A stretch of DNA of 63,632 bases, the filler included, from Lenisia limosa (Eukaryota; Protista; Breviatea), in assembly GCA_001655205.1 (NCBI GenBank). It is 7 parts of 7 records of this genome, joined end to end, with 100 filler letters (N's around TTAATTAATTAA, not from the genome) between each part and the next. Parts side by side here need not be neighbours in the genome. Positions count along the whole stretch, not along the records: positions 1 to 13,003 come from LPNZ01003691.1; 6 more parts are not named here. One strand, written 5' to 3'. Of this stretch, positions 1-12,000 are shown piece by piece. Within the stretch, counting starts at the first letter, position 1; every line of letters starts with the position of its first letter. The position numbers were made by a program, and so were the translations under genes. The notes beneath the pieces are model-generated. The model searched no databases, was not told the origin of the DNA, and saw nothing but the letters and a program-made list of their open reading frames with translations.

Positions 1-3000
1 TACCCATGTACCCCCAACCCGAGACAGCGATGAGGGGCAGGGACGGATTAGTTGCCGGCGCCGGAATAACAGTACCCGCGTAGGTGGTGGCCATAGAGGC
101 GATCTCAAGATCAATCTGCCAAATTAGGGCGACTAAGGATGTAGAGATCCTGGTGTATCCCTCAAACGTAATGCTGGGATACTCTCTTTTTGAGTTTGAA
201 GTCGGGAACTGTCCATATGTCCCATGTTTGATCCTCGTACACAATGATCACGTGGGGCCTAAACGGAAAAATAAAAACTCTTTCTATGACCCCCAGAATA
301 GTCCTTCAATGACCCCCCCATGTCGCCAGCCTACACGTTGGTTTCGGGGTCAATCCACCAAGACAAATCAGCCATCATGTCACAGGTCTTTTTGGCTGCT
401 GTTTCTCTTCCGGCCTTTAACTTGTCCTCTGTGGGGTAAAATAGAGTTGAATTTTCACTTCAACACCAGGAAATTTAAGGAATACAGCCCAGAAACTCAC
501 GTTTCTCCTGAACAAGATCGACTTCCTCCTCCCAATCACTATCGTCATCCCTAAGATATAAGACAACCTACTCAATGCCGCGTGGGGTTGGGAGTGATGA
601 TGATGATGGCGATAGTGATGATGATTGTGATGATGGTGATAGTGATGATGATGATGATGGTAATGTTGGAGACGGATTTGGTGGGGTGGGAGTGATGATG
701 AACAGACAAAAGTTAACAGGCAAGAAGCACCAGAGGTATTAAGAAAGAAAGCAGCTGTGGTTATAGGACTTTGCTTGTATATCAGTCAGAGAACAGAAGC
801 TACAAAGATAATTTCAATGTGGAAAAGTTATGCTACATACAAGACAATATTATTTTTTTGAAACCCACCAGTCACTGGACTCCTCTCCATCCCAATCTTC
901 ATCATCGTCATCTTCATTCTCATCTTCATCTTCATCGTCGTCGTCTTCATCATTGTCCATTTCATCAACCCATTCTCCCTTCTTCTTCTGAAATGTGTAA
1001 GAGAGTCACAAATAATGTTGTGTTACTACCCACTATCACAACACAGGATTTCATGGAATAAAGATTGAAAAATCCCTGTGTCATATTTCCTCTGCCTGTC
1101 TATTCAAAGTGCCCCACCTTCTTTGTTTCCTTGGGCTTTGTTTCCTCCTTGGGCTCTTGCTTAACTTCCTCCTTGACCTCATCCTTCTTCTTCTTCCGTC
1201 CAAATCCAAACTTGGTAGCCTAAGAGGGTATGAGTAACTTTAATGATTAGCATTAATAACATTAATAAAACGAGTATACTCATTATAACATTGAACAATG
1301 GTGCAATGAAAACGTATTGAGGGTGATTGAGAAACAAGGGGTTGGAAGTGGGTGATTGAGAAACAAGGGGCTGGAAGTGGGGACGGTGATTGAGAAACAC
1401 TTCATAACTGAGGGGTTGGGGGGAGAATTAAAGAATTAAGCCGAGTCTCAGGCCCCCCTCCAACCTTGCCAAGAAGGTTCTTGGCCTTTTCTTTGGTCTT
1501 TTCAGTGAGCTCCTTCGTCTTTGCAGCCATAGTGGCTTGGCGCTGAAAAGTAAAACGTGAGGGGTGATGGATTCCTAAAATTATCAGCAATAAGATCAGC
1601 TAAGACGTAGAGAAGCCAGACACTATTAATATGATTTCGAATTACAATCCCAACTTTGGCGGTTTTTTTGGCCTGCGCTTCCGCACTGATAGGGGCTCTG
1701 ACCTGCAGAAATGAATCTCAGACAAGTCACATCCGATAATGTCATGCGTGGTTTTGTATACTGAGAAATGTCACACTATATGCATAGGGCTTCACTTCGG
1801 TTCATAAAAAGACAAAATTTCTTGATAACTCCTCGATATTTTGCCGATATTGTTCGAACTCTTTTGTATGCATAATATGATTGATGTCGGATCAAATGTC
1901 AATACCTCTTTAAAAAGCCCCGCTAAAAAGCCAGTTTCGAACCTTGGAACCCTTGGATGTTCCCTCTTGTCTCGATCCGGTCTTCACAACCCAGACCTGA
2001 AGGGTGAACAGGGATCAAATTCAAAAGTTCTGCATTTAGTAATAAAGTTACCGAGTATAATGTAAATCGGATATCATAAGATAGTTTTCAAATGAGAATT
2101 ATAATAGAAAGGAAGGAAAAGGTAAACGATACCAACCTTCTCAACTGACAGAGTGTCATTTTCAGGGGTGAGCTCATAAGCTGTTTGCGTCTCTTCATCT
2201 CCACAGATCATGTACTTACCACAAGGGGAGGAAATAAACTGGGGTGTCATTTTGAATGGGGAAGTTTAATCACCAGGCCTTAACTGTTTAGTTGATAGAA
2301 ATAAGAAAAAACAAGGGAGTATCTGGCCAAAGCCGGCCGTCCACACATCACCATTATGAGAGATTCTGGATTATACTATTTTAATTCATTTTAGTGTAAA
2401 TAGTCTTCCCCTTCCCGGGGCAAGAGCAGTCTTCATCGAATTTTCGCCTCAGGAGACCTATTCCCAAAAATCGAGGAGTTACCTCGTCACCATGCCCCAT
2501 GAAGAGACCTATTCCCAGCTTGTCGCCATGCCCCATGAAGAGACCTTATTTCTATTTGTTTCAAATCTTTATACCTTGGATGGGACAAACAATGCCCCAT
2601 AAAGACTCACACCTTGTCGCCTTGCCCCATTAACATTCCCACCTTGTCTCCTTGCCCCATAAAGGCGGTGTCATCGTCCCCAAAGTCGTCTTCAAGGTCG
2701 TCGAGACTCGCCTTTATGACATGGTCCCAATACTTCTGGCACTCCACGAGGGGATGGTAGCCGCCCTAGGGAGTTAGAGTAACGAAGGAAAATATATGAA
2801 AAAGCCCAAAATCAACTCTGTTGGCTGACAACACATGAAAATATTGGCGTAAAGGTGCTTATCACGAACCGAATAATCTGAAACTCTAAACAACCAAATA
2901 AACGAAAAAGCAATATCAAACACGAGCAGCCAATGCTAAAACTAGACAAAAAACCAGATTATAAAAACAAAGCCCGAGCCGGGGGTGAAGGGAGTGCGGG

Positions 3001-6000
3001 GGGAGGTGTCTGAAAAGAGTAAAGAAAGAACCCATCAGACGTTGTAAATCATGCCGACTGGTTGCCACTCTTCAGACACTTGGTAAATCATGACACAAGA
3101 GTAGGCAACTACAACAGTCAAACCAAGCTTCATACACCAAAGTAGATATTTTTGTCAAGATCCTCATCATGTGTAAATGAGAGTCTCAGAAGTCTCTAAT
3201 ATTTCAATTGAACATGCGCAAATAGCACCTCTCATTTACTAGGCATGCACTAACATCACTGTCACTTAGAGGCAAAAGATGATTAGGGGCCTACACAAAG
3301 CACAGAATTTGCCATTGGCGATGAAACGCATTCCATCAATTCCTTCGTAAGGGCCGCGGGCAATCTAAAATCCATCAATTCCTTCGTATGGGCCGCAGGC
3401 AATCTAAGAGACATGCGCGACCAAAGATCATCAGAGGTAGCAGGTTAAGGAAGGTTATGGCTCAAGATGTTTTTATCCCGGACATGTCAGTCTTCATTCA
3501 TGAGATTATGAAGGTAGTAATTGGTTTTCCTCACTTCTCTGTGCACACATCCCAGAATATTGTAGCTCATCCCAGAATATCACCGCCAAACCTTCTTTGC
3601 ATCTCCAGAAACGATGTTCAGTTCATAGACCCAGGCTTCTACACGAGTTAGTTAGCTGTCGTCACAATATTCAATCAACCTTCGTTTCACCCCCCCCCCC
3701 CNNNNNNNNNNNNNNNNNNNNNNNNNNNNNNNNNNNNNNNNNNNNNNNNNNNNNNNNNNNNNNNNNNNNNNNNNNNNNNNNNNNNCGCCGAAGTACACGG
3801 TGTGCGGCTTGTCAGGATGGAAGCAGATTGAGTCATTGACCCCTTCGGTGCCCTTCCAAACGAGACGCTCCATGCCGGTCGCGGCTTCATACACCATAAC
3901 CTGGGGGTCAGCTTGGCGGACATATGGCATGTTCTAAGTAGGGCTTCACTTTGGTTCCAAAAAAAGACTGAGTGTCAATAAAATATTATTATTGTACCGG
4001 TCTTTTTCGAACCGAAGTGAAGCCCTAGTTCTAAAGCCTTGTGCATCGAACTATTCTCAAAATAGGTGTCAGTATGTGGGCGATATTGGATTGGAGGGCG
4101 AATGAAAGTTCAACAAGCACAGTAACCACTCTCCATCACCACCAAACCTCTCCATCACCACCAGCAGCAATCAACCATCTTCCATCAGGAGATACTTCGA
4201 GGCCACTAGGAGGTGAAAGGTGTAAATCAAGGACTTTTATATTTAGATTTAGAATTTCTCATACTTTCTACTTTTGTGAAGACATGATGTCTGTAAATAC
4301 TGTGGAACGTGAAGGTAACAAATGATTTTTTTTTGAAAATTCGTATTTTGTGGCATATTCTTTTGCCCCCCCCCCCCNNNNNNNNNNNNNNNNNNNNNNN
4401 NNNNNNNNNNNNNNNNNNNNNNNNNNNNNNNNNNNNNNNNNNNNNNNNNNNNNNNNNNNNNNNNNNNNNNNNNNNNNNNNNNNNNNNNNNNATGCCGGGC
4501 GGGGTTGGTGATACCCATTGAAGGAATCCTCGGGCATCTGCAGGGGTGAGGATGGAAAAGAGGGCCTTTGCAGGGTGATAGAACATCGAGCTATTGGATA
4601 GTTAATAATATACCAATTATATAAGTCCACGGATGATAAGTAGGGCTTCACTTCGGTTCGAAAAAACTAAATTTCTCGAAAAATCCTCGAAAATCATCGA
4701 TATTTTACCGGTATTTTTTGAACTGAAGTGAAGCCCTGATGATACCACTCCCACCAAGATCTTCCTCATGTTCGACTGAAGGACCTGCAGCATTCTCCTG
4801 ATTCTCCTTCTCCTTTTCTTGCTTCTCCTCCTCCTCATCATCATCCTCCTCTTCTTCGTTCTGAGCTTCACGAATGGCCAGGATTTTCTCAGACTGCATG
4901 GCTATCTTAGCCCTCTCAGCAATGAGAGACCTGCAATTGTTATACCCATGTGACCTGATGGTAAGGTGATTATTCAACTGATTGTTAGGATGGAAGTAAA
5001 CAGTATGGAAAATGTTTTATTTATAATGTAATGTTTTATTCCATTTAGGTTTAGCATGCTATGCGTGATGACGAATGATTCAATCCTAGTTGCTTATAAA
5101 TCGAATGATCCAATCTTGCTTATAAATCGAATGATCCAATCTTAGCAGCTTATAAATCGAATGATCCAATCTTAGCAGCAAATCGATATTTACAGCAGTA
5201 ATCAAATTCTTTAATTCAGTCTTTTATTAGAACTGAAAGCCACGTGCCACCCACCCTTCCGTCATATTAACAGCCAGTGATACAGCTGCTTGGGGTCGGG
5301 CGTTCAGCAAATGTGACACTCTGCTGACCCAAGCAAGGAACTCCTCGAGACCTTCGACACTCGATGCCAGTTTCTCTGCATGGGGTGNNNNNNNNNNNNN
5401 NNNNNNNNNNNNNNNNNNNNNNNNNNNNNNNNNNNNNNNNNNNNNNNNNNNNNNNNNNNNNNNNNNNNNNNNNNNNNNNNNNNNNNNNNNNNNNNNNNNN
5501 NNNNNNNNNNNNNNNNNNNNNNNNNNNNNNNNNNNNNNNNNNNNNNNNNNNNNNNNNNNNNNNNNNNNNNNNNNNNNNNNNNNNNNNNNNNNNNNNNNNN
5601 NNNNNNNNNNNNNNNNNNNNNNNNNNNNNTCTTGCCCGGTTTGGAGGCCAAAACGTGCTTCAATATAGCTGGGGGGGGGGTGGAGTGAGCTTCAATCCCC
5701 TTTATTACCCCCGCCGGTTAATTTTGCTATTACGACAGCTGCCTTCTTTCACTGTGGTACAAAACCACTCCAAAACCCGTCACCCCCTTATCACCCGTCA
5801 CCAACCGGATGTCTGAGAGAACGTCGAAGAGTTTATCCCATTGTCTGGCTTGGATGTAGAGGTCCGGCAAATCTCCAAGGTAGCGCGAGAGGGATGATAC
5901 CTCTACGTTGCTTGACTAAAGCTTGATAAGTTCAAATTCTACGATTCCCTTTTCAAAAGATAATCAAAAGGCAATAAACACCTGCACACAGCTACAAAAT

Positions 6001-9000
6001 ACCAGACAATATTGCCAAAGGGTAATTATTAGAGCTTCAGTTCAGGTTCCAAAAGACTGACAAAATATCGATATTTATCGAGAATTTATCTAGAATTCAG
6101 TCTTTTTTTTGGAACCAAATGTGAAGCTCTAGTAATTATATCACCCCTGCCACCTTCCAATCCCAAATGCCCTTTCCGGTGGGATCTGCGATGTAGTGAT
6201 AGAGGGCAGCAACGTCTCCCGCTATGCGGTTAATAAAGTCCAAAACAGCAGACAGCTAAAGGTCAAAACAGAAGACAGCCTCAACAGAGCACAAAGAATC
6301 AAAGACCCCACCAGCACGACCGTCCTTTTTGTCCCATCCGTCAAGGTCATCCATGCCTGTCTGAGCCTCGAGAATGTGCGAGCAGTTATCTCCCTGGGAT
6401 TGGGGGTAAGGAATTGAAGACAAAATAATTATGATTTAAGTAAAGTTTGAAGATCAAAGAGCAAAGGGGTGAGAAATTAAATCCTCTAAGAATGTATTAA
6501 ATGAATATTTGACATAGCTACTATTATAACATAAACAAACATAATATTGTACAGAAAGGCACCAGATTATGATATCAGCATACCTGGTGGTAAACAGGGC
6601 ATTCCTTCGGACATGGACAGAGCCAGCGGCCGCGGACTGCGCGAGCCAATTGCCTTAAATGGTAAGAATAATTGCCTAATATGGTCATATGGTAGGACTA
6701 GTTGTCAATTCATAAACCAGAATATTAAGCAATTTAGCTGTTGTGATCATTGGGAGTTGATGAAGCCAATTATTACACAAAAGACCAGAAAACTCAGCCC
6801 GATATTTCAGCCTGTGTAAATTTCGAGTCCGAATTAGATCGACAAAATATCCATATCTATCAGGGACTTATAGAGAAATTCAGTTTATCTTTTTAGGACT
6901 GTACGAAACGCCATCTTTACCGATGGAAGAAATCGAGGAGAGCATCTTGGTCACTTTCCGTGCCTCTGAGAAGGAGAGTCATTGAGCGAATTAGTTTTGA
7001 CCATGGTTCGGCAGGGATGGGCGTGTCCTGGAGAGGGGTAAGTGCCACGCTGCGAATTGCAGTACGACAAATATGGTAAGAAATGCTACAACAAGGCAAT
7101 ACAATTACAGCATCTCTATGAATTTAGACAAAGACACTCTTTTAGATGGTTTTAGGACCCACCAAGTCAGCACCAAGTAGTTTCATGATTTCGTCTTCTC
7201 TGAGGCCTCCACTAACCGCGAGGAATGTCAAGCATCTCTCCACAATCTAAAGCGTAAATAGCTCCAATAACAAAAAAAAAATGGCCAAATCGCCAGCTAA
7301 GTACTTGTTAATACACTTAAATGTCTTCATTCTACTCGCATATCGTATTTGTTAATTTCTTCTTCTACTCTTTGTGTGCACCATTGTTTTTTTAAATGGA
7401 AGTCCCTCCAACTTCTGGGTCGTGTTCCTTGAGAAGTCTTTCAATGACTGAAGAGAAGAGATTCACTGTGTTATCCGGCATGGATCGGAGATATGCGTCA
7501 ACCTAAAACGTAAACCGGAAAATGGAATTCTCCAAAACAGAAATCAATATCAAAATAATCTCTATTGGCAAACTATATTGACAACCATGAAGGGACTACG
7601 TGTGAGAGTTCCTCTAACAGTCCGATTTTTTACAAGTAAACAGTATCAAGAGACTCATTATTCATTACACTTCATTAAAACGATCCGCCATCAACCTGCT
7701 CAAAGATTCCGAAGACGTGTAGCTCCTCACATGCGACAGTGAGAAAGAGCGGAGATTGTCCGTCTTTTTTGGAGACCAAAAGACCCATTTGGTCGTCACC
7801 TTCCTAATATGGTAAGGGATCGGATAGAATGCATTGACCTTCCCAATATAGTAACAAATCGAATAAAATACAGTGTCACCTTCCCAATATGGTCTAAAAT
7901 ACAACCAAACTCCAGAATAAGTCCGCCCACTCTTTCACTGAGGACTTTTCTGTAGTCTGCTAGAACAGTCCGAACCAAATCACGACATGCGCTCTAAAGT
8001 GTCAAGAACAGGTGTCAGAACGACGGCTTTGGGGGAGTCGGTTTTCACCACTTCCCTGAAAAACAATGACAAAGAGCATCAAACCATTCGGCATCACGTT
8101 GACCGTAATAATAATATACAACATTTGCCAACAAAGCATGATGTGTCCTTATCCTCTCCAGCATAGGTTCAAACCCACTTCTCCCAAGGCCTTAAGCCAT
8201 AGCTCGTGATCCACCCCAATCTTCTTTACACTGTCCAGGCCTAGGGGGAGGGGGCGGTGAAANNNNNNNNNNNNNNNNNNNNNNNNNNNNNNNNNNNNNN
8301 NNNNNNNNNNNNNNNNNNNNNNNNGCAGTATTAAAGAAAGCTAAAAATAACAGAACAATTGTGACATCACGTGCGAGGCATGATAAATAATCCCTTAGAA
8401 TCCCTGCAGCCTCATACCAGGACCCTCGAGTGTGGAGAGGACAATACAGCAGTTGGTGGGGGCAGCCAGAGGCAACCAAGGCCGTCCAGCAGCACCTATA
8501 ATGATGCGCCAATTAGAAGGGAGAGTGTTAAGCGAAATAGGTGTCGAAAAGACCTCATAAATTCCAATAGTATTCGATTTTGACAAACAAGCACTTGATT
8601 AAAGGCCAATTCAAAGAGTAACACACATGAAAACAAAACACAAGGGTGACTCACAGACGGTTAACTGAGCTTGTTACCCTGCATACCATTGATCTGGTTA
8701 ATCGCGTCAATGATGACCACCACGGGCCGCGAAGCTGCAGCCACTGTCAGAAGATGCTTGAGAATTCTGGGGGGGGGGGGGGGAANNNNNNNNNNNNNNN
8801 NNNNNNNNNNNNNNNNNNNNNNNNNNNNNNNNNNNNNNNNNNNNNNNNNNNNNNNNNNNNNNNNNNNNNNNNNNNNNNNNNNNNNNNNNNNNNNNNNAGA
8901 AGTGGGCACAACTGTAAGCGCCACTATTTCTTAAAGGAGGTTATTTCCGAAGTGAAGCATTCGAACACCCTCCACAGTGCCCCTCGCCACCTGGATAGGC

Positions 9001-12000
9001 CTGCAATGTCATCTGGAATAGACTCGGGAGGCTTGTCGATCAGACCTTTACCGTCGATTTTGAGGGTCAGAAGAGACTCACAGAGGCGAAGAAGCAGCTT
9101 GCGAAGCTGTAGGGTTAGTAAAGTGATTAGAGATACTTCTTCACATCTTGTTTTGGAACGAGATATTTCAGCATTAGAACAGCAGTTTGATTCGCAGTCT
9201 TTGGTTAAATAACGCTGAAAACAACCCCTCACGCACTCTCATTGTGCTACCCCCNNNNNNNNNNNNNNNNNNNNNNNNNNNNNNNNNNNNNNNNNNNNNN
9301 NNNNNNNNNNNNNNNNNNNNNNNNNNCTTGGGCTTCACTTCGGTTCAAACAAAAAGACAGAAATTTCCAAAAAATCCTCGAAAACTATTGATATTTTACA
9401 GGATTTTTTCGAACCCAAGTGAAACCCTAGTTGCCCCCCCCCTCTCTCACATTATTAGAATCTGGGGAAGCTCCAACAACATGGAAGAGAACAAGGGGCT
9501 GAGGTCCTAAGAGGTGAAATTAGGGCGTCTACCAAATCAACCAACTTCATAGGCAATAACATCCCGTATTGTATTACATTCTCTTGTGGGCATCTGAGCT
9601 CACCTTTTCTTGGTGTGTCTTTATCAGCCCACTTAACCGCCTGACGGATAAAGTGAGACATCACTGCCGACTTACCCGAACCTATGGTGGAGTTAAACGG
9701 AAATATTGATAAACCAGAAAGAAACACTGTGGGAAAGCACTTGGGAAATATGCAGGGCTCCGGACAATTAATTATTTGATGAAAGGGTTCTCGTTATAAT
9801 ATGCTTCAAATTTTGAATTTAATTTTTGAATTGAGCCCTAAAAATATTTCCTAAGCAACAATATTCACTCTGCAGATGTCCTTAGTTTACCCCCCCCCCA
9901 AACCCGGTGTTCCAACCACGACCATAGACACCCCGGGGGGGCGAGTGACCTTGGTGCGGCCGCCAGCCTTCTTGAACTTTTTGTGCTCGTCCTTCTCCAT
10001 TTGGATCATGTCCTTTTCCAGCTTCAAGGCCTCCGCTGACGACGCTTTTTCCATTCTGTCCTCAAGGTCATCCATTTTCTCCTCGAAGATTTCCTCTTGT
10101 TCCTCCTCGTCAAGACTAAAGTGTGAGCAGCATTGTAAATATATGAAATTGTAAGCTCAATGACGATTCCAGCATCTCTCTCAATAGGAAATTTATGATA
10201 TACACTAATCGTGGTAAGTAGGGCTTTTCACTTCGGTTCAAAAAAGACAATTTCTCGATAAATAGTCGAAAACAATCGATATTATATCAAACCAAAGTGA
10301 CGCCCTAGTGGTAAGTCTGGTCCGATTTCCTCTAATATCCCATCATTGTAGATTTTAGAGCAAAGGTGTCACCTAACCCACTCCTCTTCGTCCTCTTCCT
10401 CGTCATAACCATCATAGTCATCGGCTTCAGAGTCGCTCCACTTATCAACGTCCAGCTCGCTACTCGGGATTTTGGTTCCTGGTTGGGTCTTCAGAGTGAT
10501 GTCTTTCTCCTCCTTCTTTGATTTCTGAGGGTGTGAACACAACACAGATGACGAGCAAATACAACAAAGCTGAAGCTTGAAAAAAGCTCTACTGTAAATT
10601 CCGAAATAACTGCTTTGAATTTGCTCAATAACCCATCTCCCACCTTTTCTTCCTTTTTAGCAACGGTTTCTTCCTGGGGGTACGCCTCAAATTTATCTGA
10701 AACATTAATTCACACACACAAGGGTACTGTCAAACGCTGTTTCAAAACCCCCCACCATCCAAGGCTTGGAGCATGGACTGCATCTCAGCCAATTCAGCGT
10801 CACGGCCTACGAGTTTTGTTGTCATCCGGCCGCGAATGAAGCCGTCATGTCTATATCCAATGAAACATNNNNNNNNNNNNNNNNNNNNNNNNNNNNNNNN
10901 NNNNNNNNNNNNNNNNNNNNNNNNNNNNNNNNNNNNNNNNNNNNNNNNNNNNNNNNNNNNNNNNNNNNNNNATCAAATATTTCAAATACTTAGATCAAAC
11001 TTAAAGGACATTGTATCAAAAGAGATCTAAATCCTCTAGGATCCCAACACAGCATTTATTCAAAGCAAATTCTGCTGCTCTGTTCATGGCAAGTCCTTGG
11101 CATCTCAAAAGAGCTTGAAATTCATATTTAATCTCCTTTTAATCGCAAATATTAGGACTAATATTTTATGGAAACTATAAAAAGCGTTTTGAAGACTTGC
11201 ATTAATTTAAATCTCCTATATATTTATTCTAAATGCTCTTTTGCTCAAATATAGCAAATAGAAGGAAAGCGAAAGGTGGTCAGAGAAGGAACTGGGACAC
11301 GTCATGAAACATGGGGGGGGGGGAGAGTACAAGTATTACATATCTTTCAATTAGCTACACAATATCGAAGCAGGCAGTCATAAGCAATTTCAAGGGTTCA
11401 GCAGTGGGAAGCACCAACCTGTTGGCCTCACGCTCCAGAGGGGTGAGTCTCATGCCTGCAGTCAGCGGAAGATAGTTGTTGGAGATGGCTTGGACAAGGT
11501 TCTTCTTCACACGGGCAGCAAAGCCCTTCAGAGAGCCAATGATAGGCTTGAAATGTTAAGCGTTGTGCATGATTAAGACCCTAATGTCTACCAATTTAGA
11601 TTACATAAACACAATAAAGCTCTTCAAACGATACGTTAGGCTATATTCAGCGACATGCCCACCTTCTTGGTGAAGGGGTCCACACCCTCATAGGACGCAT
11701 CGTAGTTGTCCATCACGTGGTCAGGGTCCACATTGGCTCGGATCATGTCCTTCAGTCGGACCATTTTTCGAACACTGTCGGCATTTTTCTCCTGGACTGG
11801 GTTACAGCATTCCTGATCAAAGTCCCAAAAGCCATTGTTTCTTAAAGTCATCACCCTTAATATTTTAATAGATCTTCGGCTCTTTTCAGTCATAAAAAAA
11901 ACGTCAAAAGGACAAAAAAGCTACAAATATCCCTTGTGGTTGTGTTTCACATTGTTCTAAAACTGATTTTGCGATTTACCCGTCATTTAGAACCAAAAGT

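Noticed and set aside
84-554. 156-aa plus-strand ORF
   Set aside because: Overlaps minus-strand exons and introns of the NACHT-WD40 gene and has no recognisable features.
5304-5816. Long ORFs running through N blocks (here and throughout)
   Set aside because: Their length comes from Ns translated as X, which is not evidence of coding.
7795-7894. CRISPR-like repeat-spacer appearance (also 26251-26363 and 2484-2662)
   Set aside because: The spacers resemble each other or are absent, there are no cas genes, and the context is eukaryotic introns. These are tandem duplications.
3939-10307. MITEs as introners forming entire introns
   Set aside because: Copies do not begin with GT, and each occupies only part of a longer intron.
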